DNA from: Octopus vulgaris
Taxonomy: Eukaryota
Assembly: GCA_951406725.2 (NCBI GenBank)
Contig: OX597840.1
Span: 20,894,001 to 20,958,000, forward strand
Direction: 5' to 3'
DNA: 64,000 bases
Part shown: one piece after another, positions 29,124-41,851 of the stretch
Layout of the letters: the number at the start of each line of letters is the position of its first letter
Position numbering within the stretch: the stretch's first letter is position 1
Position numbers and translations under genes: made by a program
Notes under the pieces: model-generated
What the model was told of the DNA's origin: nothing
Seen by the model: only the letters and a program-made list of their open reading frames with translations
The model's database searches: none

Positions 29124-29575
29124 CAGTAGAGGTTATATATATATGTATATATATCATCATCATCGTTTAACGTCCGTTCTCCATGCTAGCATGGGTTGGA
29201 CGGTTCGACCGGGGATCTGGGAAGCCAGAAGGCTGCACCAGGCTCCGGTCTTATCTGGCAAAGTTTCTACAGCTGGATGCCCTTCCTAACGCCAACCACT
29301 CCGTATATATATATGTATTTATATAAATATAATATGCAACAAGCTTGTTTCGGATTCTGTCTGCCAAATCGAGTCCCAACGATTTGGTCAACCTGAGGCT
29401 ATAGTAGAAGACGCTTATCCAGGTTGCCATGGGGATTGAAACCAAATCCTTGTAACTGAGAAGGAAACTTCTTAACCCCACCCCCTGCCCCACCCCCTTA
29501 CCCCTGCATGCATTTTTATATATTTTTACACATTTTATATATTTTCTAATTTCAGTTTTTCTGAACGATTCCACA

Positions 29576-29625
29576 ATGAAGATTCTATCAATTTGCTTCC
29601 TATTGTCCCTGGCCCTTTTCCTTGG
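29576..29625 (+). CDS. Secreted tandem-SOUL protein, coding exon 1 (signal peptide)
   Basis: Acceptor ttctaatttcag at 29555; ATG 29576; MKILSICFLLSLALFLG; donor GG|GTAAGT, phase 2. Confidence 0.8.
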
Positions 29626-30572
29626 GTAAGTTGTCTCTCCTTTCATCATCATCATCATCCTCATCATCGTTTAATGTCCATTTTCCATGCTGACGTGGGT
29701 CGGACAGTTTCACAGGAGCTGGTCAGCCGGGCAGATGTCCAGATTCCAGCTGTCTGTCATGGCACGGTTTCTACAACTGGGTGCCCTTCCTAACAGAGTG
29801 TGCTGGGTGCTTTCTGTGGGCCACCAGCACAGATGCGTTCACACAGCTCCGGCACGAGTGCCATTTATGTGGCACCTGTAAAGGATGAGCCTGTTTGTGT
29901 GAAGATGCGGATTTGGCTTAGCTTCTGATCCTTATTTTTTATTTATCACTTTTCATTTTTTCTTGTGGTTTAGTCCAAGTTTTAAAGTTAGGTTTAGTGG
30001 AGGAACAGTTCCACTGACCCTTTTTCTACAGATCCTGCCAAGTCTATTGAGAAGTAAGGTTGGAAAGAACTCCCGACTCCTAAGAAGAAGAAGGCGGAGT
30101 TCAAAGTACTGAATAATCTTCAGACCACCACCACCACCTCATTTACTACTACTATTACTACTACTAATACTGCTACTGCCACCCCCGCAATCGCCATCAC
30201 CACCACCACCACCACCGTCATCACCACCACTGCACCCCCCCCTGCTACCACCCCCACTTCTAACCGTCCAAGAATTTGGACCTGGAGATCTCCATTTCCA
30301 GCGACTTCGAGGGCCACCTCCCAGTGGTGTCGGGCGTCAACGAAGAGCCCTCAACTACAAGACGACCAAAGTTTTTTTTTCCCAAGGTCTGGGGTCTCCC
30401 ACCCCTAAGCCCCAGACCATCATATAATCACCCTTACCCCCTCTTGTTGCTTAACCCCCCCCCCCCCACTTCTAGTAGAACATGTGGAAACTCCACAGTT
30501 TTCATATTTTCTTGATTTTATTATTTTTTTTTATTGTTACATTACTGCACAAACTTATCTGCATATTGCTTC

Positions 30573-30788
30573 GTTAAGTTAAAGATATGATAACGAGCTA
30601 AGCAATGCACTACAGTTTAATTGCATAATTAGGATTTAGATAACACACACAATAAGTAAAAATATAATTAATGAAAAAATCATTTTGTTAAGTTAAAGAT
30701 ATGATAACGAACTGGGCAGTAGACTGTGGTTTAATTACGTAATTAGGATTTAGATAACATACATGCTAAGTTACAATATAATTAATAT
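30573..30788. repeat. Two diverged tandem ~115-bp units
   Basis: GTTAAGTTAAAGATATGATAACGA...TAATTAGGATTTAGATAACA occurs twice. Confidence 0.8.
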
Positions 30789-32343
30789 AAAACATAACGA
30801 TGTGTTTTATTATATTTTCTCTTAACCCCCTCCCCCTCCTCCAAGGACTATTGTCACCATCAGCTTTCAGCCCCACCCCACCCTTCGTTTTAATTTGGTT
30901 TGGCTAAAGAGATAAAAACAGCCCCATGACCTGGAGGTGTTGTCCCCTGACTGCTACAAAGACATCATCTGCCTGGAGTAGTACAGAATCCCCAGCAAAT
31001 GGTGGATTCAGCAACACTCTGTCATGGCACATGTCTCCATCCTACCACTACTACTCTGGTCAGTCAGGGGCTCTGGTAAAGGTTAGTTTCTCAAGATGCT
31101 GTACACTGGGACTGATCCCAAGAGTCCGTTGCAGAAATGTTTAGCAATTGAACCAGGATCGCTATATTTGAAGCGGCAAGCTGGTAGAATCGTTAGCACG
31201 CCGGGTGAAATGCGTAGCCGTATTTCGTCTGCCGTTATGTTCTGAGTTCAAATTCCGCTGAGATCGACTTTGCCTTTCATCCTTTCGGGGTAGATTAAAT
31301 AGGTACCAGTTACACACTGGGGTCAATGTAATCGACTTAATCTGTTTGTCTGTCCTTGTTTGTCCCCTCTATGTTTAGCCCCTTGTGGGTAGTAAAGAAA
31401 TAGGTATTTCGTCTGCCGTTATGTTCTGAGTTCAAATTCCACTGAGATTGACCTTGCCTTTCATCCTTTCGGGGTCGATATATTAAGTACCAGTTATGCA
31501 CTGAGGTCGATGTATTGACTTAATCCGTTTGCCTGTCCTTGTTTGTCCCCTCTGTGCTTAGCCCCTTGTGGGTAGTGAAGAAATAGGTATTTGAAGCCTA
31601 AAAACAATTCAAGAATACAATTGGGATTCACTAGAATATCACCAATGGCTACAAAAATCTGACCATCCAACACTTCATATGGAACCAGATCTGACACTTC
31701 CAGCTTTGGTGTACTTTCTGAGCAAGACCACCACATTTTAGCCACTACTGACAGCAGATGGCAGACATCAGACTGACCACAGAAGGCAAGAGTCAGCAGA
31801 CAGTAGCAAAACCAGCAGCTGGCCAGGGTGCAGCAACAGTACAAAAACAATGGACTTACAGTGTCTGCAAGACACAACGATCAGCAAATACTATTGTAGT
31901 GTGATGGAGGAAAAGGACAACAGAAAAGGAAGCAAATGGGAGACAGAAATACAAAGGGCTTGACCTGTTGACCTCGACAGAATCAGCGGTCACTCTCACG
32001 AATTAAACACGTCTTGTCTGCCGTCTCTGCTCGAACTGACCACACGTGCTTCCTGCCCACGCATGCCCTCTGCCTGTGTCACCGGCCCCTGCTGTCCTTA
32101 CTTCCGTCCACCTCATCTGCAATCCCCTCCATCAACACCACATAGCTCCATCACAGCCCATAACACCACAACCATGACAGCCACTGCCATCTTACCTAAT
32201 CCAAGAACAAAGAAGCTTTGATCTATCTTGCTGTTTGTCAGTCACAGTAATAACATTTTTTTGTTTACAAATAAAAATCTTGCAAAGTTAATTTTTTCTA
32301 TTGTGGAATAGCTTTAATCATATTTCCTAAATTTTCCTTTCAG

Positions 32344-32477
32344 GATCTCTGAGAACTCTGCACTACCTGTAAGTTCAATTCCGTCAGGTGTGTACGTTAC
32401 AACCACACTTGACAACCTTGACATTTTTACAGCACTTGAGAAAATAAAGAACTTCTGTGCCGGAGGAAACAGCCTAA
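32344..32477 (+). CDS. Tandem-SOUL protein coding exon 2
   Basis: tttcctttcag acceptor, A|GTAAGA donor, phase 2 to 1; ISENSALPVSSIPSGVYVTTTLDNLDIFTALEKIKNFCAGGNSL (SOUL L..YI.G.N region). Confidence 0.8.
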
Positions 32478-32914
32478 GTAAGATAACTCTTTCTCTTAGC
32501 CTTATTGTTGCTGCTGTTGCATTGTGGGTGTAAGGCGTTTTAGCACTGATGATTCGATGATGCCTTATATGACATCAGACATTTTAATGTTTCTTTCTTT
32601 CTCTCCTTCTTATCTCTATCACTTTTTCTCTCGCTTTCCTTTCTCTCTCTATCTGTCTGTCTGTGTCTCTCCCCCTCTTTCCCCGTCTCTCCACCTCCTC
32701 CCCTCTGTTTCTGGTCCAGGAATCAAACTCACAACCTCAGGATTGTGAGCCCCATGTGCTAACCATTTTATCCAGTTGAGTATAGTATAACAGTTATGAT
32801 GTGATAGGGAGAATGTACATGGTATATGATGGTGCAGATAGCATAATGGTATGCATGAGTGAGTGGCAGCATCAAAGACGGTCTTCCTCTCATTTAAGGA
32901 TTCTCTGTTTACAG

Positions 32915-33057
32915 GAAACCAGATCAACTGTAAGGGTCTGATTGTGCAAGGTGAGAAACGCAATCCCGCAATTGGAAACTTGAAATGGAAATATGTCTTC
33001 AGTATGCCACTCGACTCGGTCGATTTGAATAACCTACCAATTCCTAATGATCGCTCG
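32915..33057 (+). CDS. Tandem-SOUL protein coding exon 3
   Basis: 143 nt, phase 1 to 0; NQINCKGLIVQG...WKYVFSMPLDSVDLNNLPIPNDRS (SOUL F..P....P.P.D). Confidence 0.82.
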
Positions 33058-33246
33058 GTAAGATGTTTCATTATTAATTGGAAAACATGCATACACACAG
33101 AACATACATCAAAAGATATATATGCTCTTGCGTCTCACGTTTGATCTTTGACTTCTGGCCGAAATCAGATCGCCATGTTGATTCGCTAGCCTCTGCATGC
33201 ATTTTTTTTCTCTCCTTGTTTCTCTCCGTGTTTCTTTTCTGTGTAT

Positions 33247-33282
33247 CTTTCTGTTGAAGAGCATAGGCTCGAAACGCAAAAG
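33247..33282 (+). ncRNA. Degenerate minimal hammerhead-like motif (intronic, Penelope-type)
   Basis: CTTT-CTGTTGA-A-GAGC ATAG GCTC-GAAA-CG-CA-AAAG; core mutated. Confidence 0.4.
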
Positions 33283-33722
33283 ACTTGTTTTATTTATATT
33301 CCTGAGCGCCATACTAATACAATTGTTTGTTTGTATTCCACCTGCCTTCGTCTTTTGTTTATTTTCATAAAACTTCCCGTTATACATATAATAATAATTT
33401 GAGGGAATATTATTCCAAACTTACTGGGAAAAATTCAATTTAGAAATACTAAATCAAATTTCACAAAATATAATACATATATAAATATAAATTAGAAAAA
33501 AAACACCTTTTATCAATTCAAAATGAAAATTTAAATTACACCATCTAGAAAATTACATATAATAGAAAGATTAAATATAAGATAAAAAATATAATGATGA
33601 TTAAGTAATGTGCAGAATAATAAATAATACGTATATATTTGGTATATATATATTATTATATTTATATATACCAACAATACCAGCAAATACTCAATACCAA
33701 CAAACTAATATATATATACTCG

Positions 33723-34105
33723 GTGGAGGCGCAATGGCCCAGTGGTTAGGGCAGTGGACTCGCGGTCGTAGGATTGTGGTTTCGATTCCCAGACTGGGCG
33801 TTGTGAGTGTTTATTGAGCGAAAACACCTAAAGCTCCACGAGGCTCCGGCAGGGGATGGTGGTGATCCCTGCTGTACTCTTTCACCACAACTTTCTCTCA
33901 CTCTTACTTCCTGTTTCTATTGTACCTGTACTTCAAAGGGCCGGCCTTGTCACTCTCTGTGTCACGCTGAATATCCCCGAGAACTACATTAAGGGTGCAC
34001 GTGTCTGTGGAGTGCTCAGCCACTTACACGTTAATTTCATGAGCAGGCTGTTCCATTGATCGGATCTACCGGAACCCTTTTCGTCGTAACCGACGTAGTG
34101 CTTCC
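33723..34105 (+). mobile_element. SINE family B (GGAGGCGCAATGGCCCAGTGGTTAGGG head)
   Basis: tRNA A/B boxes; near-identical copy at 36154-36540, others at 7384-7930 (split), 9815-10360, 10790-11097(-), 37229-37355. Confidence 0.9.
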
Positions 34106-34770
34106 ATAGCCATCCACCATATATACTCGCTTAAAAGCCACCCTATCGGATAGCTCTGAAGTTAGCTCCTATGGAGAGCCTTTCATTGGGCATGGGGCCC
34201 AACAATCACACGTCATATATATTAAATTACTATTTGTACAAAACAGCAAACTGCAAATGCTACTTAATGTAGATGTATTATAAGAATGCCACAATACTGT
34301 GGTGTTCCTTTTGAGATATTATCGCATTAAGTATCCAAAAGCAAAGAAAAATCAGTTACAGATTAAACTTGTTCAGCAACAGTGGTGGAACTGCTGAATC
34401 ATGTGATTTCAGCATGTTTGTACATCATCAGCAGTAGGCATCTCACTAATTAGGCACTGATGTTGCAAAAAACTTTTGGGGTGCATAAAAATAGATATAA
34501 ATGATGGAAGCAATATTAAGTGCCAAACAGCAAACTTTGTAACTAACTTAATGTGGATGTGTCGTAAGAATGCTGAAATACTGCAATATTTGCCTTGGGA
34601 GAATGTCAAGTTCCATCAAAGTCGAATTTGCCTTTCACTCTTTCGGGGTTGATAAAATAAATACCAGCTGGATACTAGGGTGTCAATCTATTCAAGTTAG
34701 CCCCTCCCCACAAACTACTGGCCGTGTGTCAAAATTTGAAACCAATATTTTAAACTTTTCTTCATTTCAG

Positions 34771-34958
34771 CTCAAATTGGACTTCCATCTTGGCACCCCA
34801 AGAACAGTATCCGAAAAATGCTTTTCAGGACCTGTTCCAGTGGTACAAGTTTATCAAAAATTGATTGAAGTTTATAATGAATCACAAAACGCTTTGCAGA
34901 GAGACTGGTTCTATATGACTGGTTTTAAAGACCTAGAAACAACATCCCCAACCTTCAG
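34771..34958 (+). CDS. Tandem-SOUL protein coding exon 4
   Basis: cttttcttcatttcag acceptor, AG|GTGAAT donor, phase 0 to 2; LKLDFHLGTPRTVSEKCFSG...QRDWFYMTGFKDLETTSPTF. Confidence 0.8.
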
Positions 34959-35433
34959 GTGAATATATATATATCCTAGCTTAAGGTGACCCACTCTACG
35001 CACAGGTGAGGGTGTGGTTGTTACTTTCTGTTGCTTCCTTTCTGTTTCTTAAATCTTGCCTTAATTTTCAAAATTGCGAACCCATTTTCTGCGCTTAAAT
35101 TACAAATCCGCTTCCACTTTACCATGTTGAAAATTTGATTGAAATTGGGCAAAAGGTGTCCAATCTAGACCCCCAAGTGTCCCCCAAAAATCAATAAAAT
35201 CCCTGTTTTCACAGTAAAGCAACCACTGTAACATCCCAATCAATTTCTCACCTCAAGTTACGCACGTTTCCTCAAATCACCTGTCTCTTATGATCGTAGT
35301 CTGCATTCCTGAGACGATTACTGAGGAGTCCTTAGTATCCGTGGGCATCGGGTTGATCATCTTCATGGATTCATTTCTTCAGCTAATATAACATTAGTGC
35401 AATGCATTAAATGTTTGTAAATTCCATCCAAGG

Positions 35434-35480
<47 letters not shown>

Positions 35481-36813
35481 GGGCAGTGAGCTGGCAGAAT
35501 CGTTAGCACTCCGGGTAAAATGCTTAGTGGTATTTCATCTGTCGTTATGTTCTGAGTTCAAATTCCGCCGAGGTCGACTTTGCCTTTCATCCTTTCAGGG
35601 TCGATTAAATAAGTACCAGTTACGCACTTGGGTCGATACAATTGACTTAATCCGTTTGTCCTCTCTGTGTTTAGCCCCTTGTGGGTAGTAAAGAAATAGA
35701 TATTTCATCTGTCTTTACGTTCCGAGTTCAAATTTCACTGAGGCTGACTTTGCCTTTCATCCCTTCGGGGTTGATAAAGAACCAGTTATGCACTGGGGTC
35801 AGTGTAATCGACTTGTCCCTTCTCCCAAAATTTCAGGGCTTCTTGCCTTTAGTAGAAAGGATTATATACATATATATATTTATACATATATATATATTTA
35901 TACATATATATGTATGTATGTATTTCTGTTCTGTGTTTAATGATTTAAATCTTTCCTCTGAAGAAGGAGCTGGTTTTTTATAACAAAGGCTCCTCCTGGC
36001 ATTAAAACCAGTAGCAACATCAACTCCTACAGAACAGCCCCATTGATGGGGCAGTAAACATCCCTTGTCTGTAGGGTCACTACTTTCATTCCTTCTAGAG
36101 ACTTTCTGACTTTCTACCTTGCTTGTATATATATATATATATATATATCAATCGTGGAGGCGCAATGGCCCAGTGGTTAGGGCAGCGGACTCGCGGTCGT
36201 AGGATCGCGGTTTCGATTCCCAGACCAGGCGTTGTGAGTGTTTATTGAGCGAAAACACCTAAAAGCTCCACGAGGCTCTGGCAGGGGGTAGTGGTGATCC
36301 CTGCTGTACTCTTTCACCACAACTTTCTCTCACTCTTACTTCCTGTTTCTGTTGTACCTGTATTTCAAGGAGCCGGCCTTGTCACGCTCTGTGTCACGCT
36401 GAATATCCCCGAGAACTACGTTAAGGGTACACGTGTCTGTGGAGTGCTCAGCCACTTACACGTTAATTTCACGAGCAGGCTGTTCCGTTGATTCGGATCA
36501 ACCGGAACCCTCGTCGTCGTAACCGATGGAGTGCTTCCATCCATATATCAATCTGTGTAAAAGACCAGCCTAACAGGCAAAAGAACCCTTGATTTACAAT
36601 ATAGAATGGGGATGAACTATAACTTTGGCCCCTACTACAAGAATATGCAGAGTTCTAAAATCTTTTGTTAGCCTGGTGTATTAAGTATTTTGCCCCACTT
36701 AATAACCCCTCATTAATAACTCTGTGTGTGTGTGTATACATATATGAGTATGTATGTATGTATTTGTTGTATATACATAAATATATACGTTTGTTGTTTC
36801 TTTGTCCTTTCAG

Positions 36814-36902
36814 TAAACTATGGTTTGACAAGCCTCCACATTTCCGTCGGAGTAAACCTGCCCCTGATGACAGCGATATTCCAAGCCTCTGCTCAGGAAA
36901 GT
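36814..36902 (+). CDS. Tandem-SOUL protein coding exon 5 (end of domain 1 and linker)
   Basis: Phase 2 to 1, T|GTAAGT donor; SKLWFDKPPHFRRSKPAPDDSDIPSLCSGK. Confidence 0.82.
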
Positions 36903-37580
36903 GTAAGTTTCTTCTTTATCACAAAGTTCAGGATGTAGGTGTGTAACCTGCTCGTCAGCCAGGTAGACTGATGGGGAGACGGTTATGTCCCTTGCCAGCT
37001 TGAACCACAACAGAATGGCTTTAGTCACAGAGTTTAAATTGAGATATTCCTTAGTTCGGAGGTTCCCAAACTGGGGTGCATGGACCCCTCGTGGTCTGTA
37101 ACGGTAGTACTGGGGGTCTGTGAACTAAATTCAAAATTTCATATACATAATATATATATACTATATTAATAATAATAATAATAATATGACAACAAAAGAA
37201 TGAATGAGACCTCAATATTATGTAAATTGTGGAGGCACATGGCCTAGTGGTTAGAGCAGCGGACTCGCAGTCAAGCGATTGTGGGTTCAAATCTCAGACC
37301 GGGCGATATGTGTGTTTATGAGCGAAACACCTAAGCTCCACGCGGCTCCAGCAGAACGAGAGGAAAATAGTGATGTATAATGATAAGCATATTAAAAGGA
37401 TGGCGGTGAAGATGTTGTCAGGACATTCCATCATATTAGAGAAAGGTGAATAAAGAAAAGACAGAAAGGTGAATAAAGCAAAGGTGTGAATGCAAATAAG
37501 TAAAATTAAATGTTATGATGACCAACGATTTCTTTTCTTCCCCTGTCTCTCATCTCCACTTCCTTCTTTGTCTGTCACAG

Positions 37581-37748
37581 CCGGATACAGTTGTCCAAAC
37601 ACAACGTACTGTTTGAAAGACAACGTAGAGACACGCAAAATGTCCATGTACATTGTGACTGGTGCAGCCAAAGACTACGCGGAGAAGAACTGTTCGTACA
37701 ATGCCGCAATCATGGATCAGTATATGAACAACTTTGGCTATTTCAGGG
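37581..37748 (+). CDS. Tandem-SOUL protein coding exon 6
   Basis: Phase 1 to 1, G|GTGAGT donor; GYSCPNTTYCLKDNVETRKMSMYIVT...NNFGYFR (SOUL CP.Y...E.R, F.YI.G.N). Confidence 0.88.
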
Positions 37749-38537
37749 GTGAGTATTGTTTCATTAAATTATGCTCATAAAGGAGCAGTGCCTTCAAGAA
37801 TTTTGGCCAATCCTGTGAACCCAGGGTTTATTACAATCTGGTAATAATTTTAATTGATTTCTAATTATGGAGCATTAATTAAGTCACCATTATTGTTTTT
37901 TGTTTGTCATCATAAGTACAAGCATGGCTGTGTGGTAAGAAGCTTGCTTCCCAACCACATGGTTCCGGGAAAGAAGCTAATCGTGTATGTATGTATGTGC
38001 GTGCACGTGTGTGTGCATATATAATTGTTTGTGTGTGTGTGTGTGTATAATTGTGTGTGTGTGTGTCTCCATTTCATTGCTTGACAACCGATGTTGGTGT
38101 GTTTACGTCCCTATAACTTAGCAGTTCAGCAAAAGAGACCAACAGAATAAGTCTTGGGTCGATTTGTTCAACTAAAGGTAGTGCTCCAACATGGCCACAG
38201 TCAAATGACTGAAACAAGTAAAAAAAAAAAAAAGAATAGGCACAGGCGTGGCTGTGTGGTAAGAAGCTTGCTTCCCAACCACCTGGTTCTGGGATCAGTC
38301 CCACTGTGTGGCACCTTGGGCAAGTGTCTTCTACTATAGCCTCAAGCCAATCAAAGCCATGTGAGTGGCTCTGACCATTGAGTCATGTGCCTTCACAAAG
38401 GTACTTTATGGGTCACCTGTATAAGTTTAATTGCTAATGAATTTACCGCCAAAAAACAAAAATTAAATAAATAAATAAAAAGAGAGGGAATTGACTTTAG
38501 TAATCAATAGTTTGATCTCTGATTTGTTTGATTTCAG

Positions 38538-38680
38538 GACAAAATAGTTTGAACTTGACGATAAATAGGACGATTCCTGTAATGACGAAGATCACAAAGC
38601 AACCAGCTCAAAGCACTTGCCCGCAGAAATACCAGATGCAGTTCTATGTTAATAAGGACGCCCCACCATGCCCAACCAAC
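38538..38680 (+). CDS. Tandem-SOUL protein coding exon 7
   Basis: 143 nt, phase 1 to 0; QNSLNLTINRTIPV...YQMQFYVNKDAPPCPTN (SOUL I.MT.PV, M.FY.P, PP.PT). Confidence 0.88.
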
Positions 38681-39639
38681 GTGAGTAACTCTGAGACATT
38701 TTCAATTCCATTTACAGCAAAGTGTGTGTGCTTGCATGTGTGTGTGTGTGTGTGTGTATGAATGTAAGCTGACCCACAAAGGCTGTTCTCCATCGCGTAT
38801 AAATTCCCCCACTGGGACAGGGCGCCAGCCCCTCGCAGGATTATTCGCTTTAGCCAGCTGAGTGGAGGGGAGCAACGTGAAATGAAGCGTTTTGCTCAAG
38901 AACACAACACATCGCCTGGTCCAAGAATTGAAACCACAATTTTATGATCACGAGTCCAACACCTTAACCATTAAGCCACGTACCTCTACTATGTAATTTT
39001 GGTAATGATATCAATATGGCTTCCATGCAAATCAAAACCAGTCTGAGTTCTTCAACCAATGTTGCCGCTGAATCTTGTGAAAACTTTATAAATTGTCTTT
39101 TGGGGCCGTAAAAAAGAAATTCGCTGATCTAAGGGCAATAACCCATCCCACCCAAGGCCCAGACAAATATTTTCTTTTTACAGAATTGACCGACCGTAAA
39201 TGTTTCTCTCTCTCTCCATTTTGCAAAGAAGCTTATCTGCCTGCAACCATTGGAGTCTGTTGAGCCGTCTACAAGGCCAAGCACCTTCTGGGTACAAAAC
39301 CATTGGTCACTATATGACCTGCCATATATACATAACTGCGCACAAATCCATTACTGATCGAATATGTAGAATGTGCTTCTTTTTCGGATATGTGATCCAC
39401 AAACGATATATATTTATATATAAAATGGTCAAAACTTTTTCACAGGAACTTAGTTCGGTTTGAAAACCCTACTAGAATGGGAGAAAGCGCTAATATATGA
39501 TATAAGATTTAAGTTATATGATGCATAAAAACATGTAATATACAAATAAATATCTGTAAATATAAAACCATCCGAATTTCTTCTAATGTAAAATACCTGT
39601 ACATCATCTCCTAACCTTCTAATATATATATATACAGGT

Positions 39640-41460
39640 TATAGGAACATAAACCTTCTTCCAAGAAAAGATGGCTTAAACTGTGCTCTATAATTCTTTG
39701 TTATCCATAAAGGACTATACAGAGACGGGGACGATAGAATCGGGGAAATAAAGACGAAGAAATTTTTTTAAAAGAATGAATTATGATAAGATGTTATAAT
39801 AAGGCGCAATGCCCACTCGATCCCCGAAATGCTGTGGTTACATTTGGCCAGTCTTTTCCCTTAATTGATTTTCTCAAAGATTATCGATTTCACAATTACA
39901 ACTGAAGTTCGAAAAATTTACAAAAAACATAAATTTCAATAAACGAAGTTTTTTTTTTCCTACACTTTTCCCCAATTTTCTTTAATTTCAGAGATGTTCT
40001 ATCTTTCTTTTCGACCCCTCAAAATCCAATTCCGGGAGGTGGGTCATCCATCAACCGAAACCTCTTCTCTTCCAGAATATTCCTTCTGGCGACTTCTATG
40101 TCTTTGGCCAAACTGTCCGCATGGACCAAAACAATCTCATCTTCGTCATACTCGGTTCCCATCCTAACCCTTGCTACTCCCTTCATTCTCCATAATTTCT
40201 TCCCTATTTCAAAGGAGTTCCATAAAATCCAACCGTGTCCTTACCTTTGTTTTCCGCTCCGTCTTCCTTCGTCTTCGATCTTTTTCTACTTTTCGGAATG
40301 GTCGCTCCTTGGCTCTCTTCTTTTGGTCTTTCTATTAGGTTGTCCCAAAAGTTCGTAAACATTTGCGAAAATTGAATTTTTACTCGCCAAGTACTAACAA
40401 AAACAACAAAAATTATTCCTCGAAATAAAGACCATTATTTTCCAAGACTTTCTACGAACTTTTGGGACAACCTTATATTTCTCTCTTCTTGTTGTCCTTT
40501 TGGTTTTCTTTCTCTTTCAGTTCACCGTTTTTTCCTAACTTCTGTCTGAACTTTCTCCTCTCTCTGTTCTATCTTTTACTCTTTTTTCTTCCTTTTCTGT
40601 TGTCTCTTTACTCTGTGTAAACTCATTTAATGTCCACTCAGTCCTTTTATGTCATCTCGTTCCGCACAGATAACAAATGGGTCTCCTTCCTTCGTCAATA
40701 ACATTTATCGTTGGGTCGTTTCCCACTTCGATATGGAAGGGGATTCTCTCTATGTAAGCCACATTTCGACTCCGAATCCCCTCCAGTTCACCGTATTGGT
40801 TTCAGTTACTGGACCCAGTTCGGGTTCGTCTTTTGTAGACCCTAGAATCGCTGCCACCAGACATTCTATACTCGGAATCTTAACCTTGATACTTCTTCTT
40901 CTTCCTTTATAACTGGGTAACATTGTAAACCTTTCTGTTCTTAAGATAGCGAGGCCGCCTCTTGTGGCAAACCTCACCTCCATCGTCCCGAACTTCTTCC
41001 CTCTGTCGACATAAGTTGCTCTTTCCATTTCGTCTCCCAGACATTTTTCCATTTCTTCTTCCGACATCCAAACTATTTTCTTGGTGTCCGTGTCTTGAGT
41101 TTTATATACAATGGTCTTAAGGTTCTTATCCTCTGTTGTTTCTGCTGCAGGGACCAGCTGGATGCTTTCTCCTTCCCTTCTCACGTAGTCTTCGCTTCTT
41201 TATATTTCTTCTTCATCAATTGTAACATTCTTTCTAAAACCCAGAGGCGCGACACTTCTTCTTGCAGCAACCTTCGCCATAGGTCTCAATGACCAAGGGA
41301 CGACCTCTTTCCTTTCACCTAAAATGAGAAATAAAAAATAGAATGGCAAGCACCTCGCACGATTCGTTCTCCTTACGACTTTTTCACAACTTTCTCACAT
41401 TTCTTCCCACAAAAGACATAATGTCTTCACGAACTCAAAGAAGCACGTGTTGCCCCAATC
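39640..41460 (-). mobile_element. Degenerate non-LTR retrotransposon (L1/Tx1-like ORF1 region)
   Basis: Purine-rich minus strand with ORF remnant 40750-41184 (RGKKFGTMEVRF...MLPSYKGRRRSIKVKI) resembling LINE ORF1; clade uncertain. Confidence 0.4.
40335..40475. mobile_element. mariner-type MITE
   Basis: TIRs TTAGGTTGTCCCAAAAGTTCGTA / TACGAACTTTTGGGACAACCTTA flanked by TA on both sides. Confidence 0.85.
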
Positions 41461-41851
41461 AAGCAATGGCTTCAACTCTGCTCTCAATGGCGGTGGAGTC
41501 AAATCCTATTTCAGGGACTCAAACACCTTCTAAAATAACTTTCCGGACAACCCTACGGAAATTAATCTAATCCAGAAACGCATCCATCATTATTTTTCTT
41601 CATTTATAAATATTGTTGTCTATGGAGACATATTTTTGTAGAAAAAGGAAATAGTAGTCCTTTGGCTGCTATTTCTAAAATTTTCGGTATGTGGTCAAGC
41701 AACCTGTTGCTAAACCCTTATTATTATAATTATATATAAAAACTTTTTGTATAAGTTTTTACCAAATATGGTCATTTTCCATACCGAGAAACTTCTAGGT
41801 GAAATTTGTTGATTTTTATTAAATCAATAATCTTTCACCCTATATCTGTAA

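Noticed and set aside
32344-32431. Apparent 25-nt exon (CCT|GTAAGT) plus acceptor at 32431
   Set aside because: Phase-incompatible; 32344-32477 is one open exon with SOUL-like sequence
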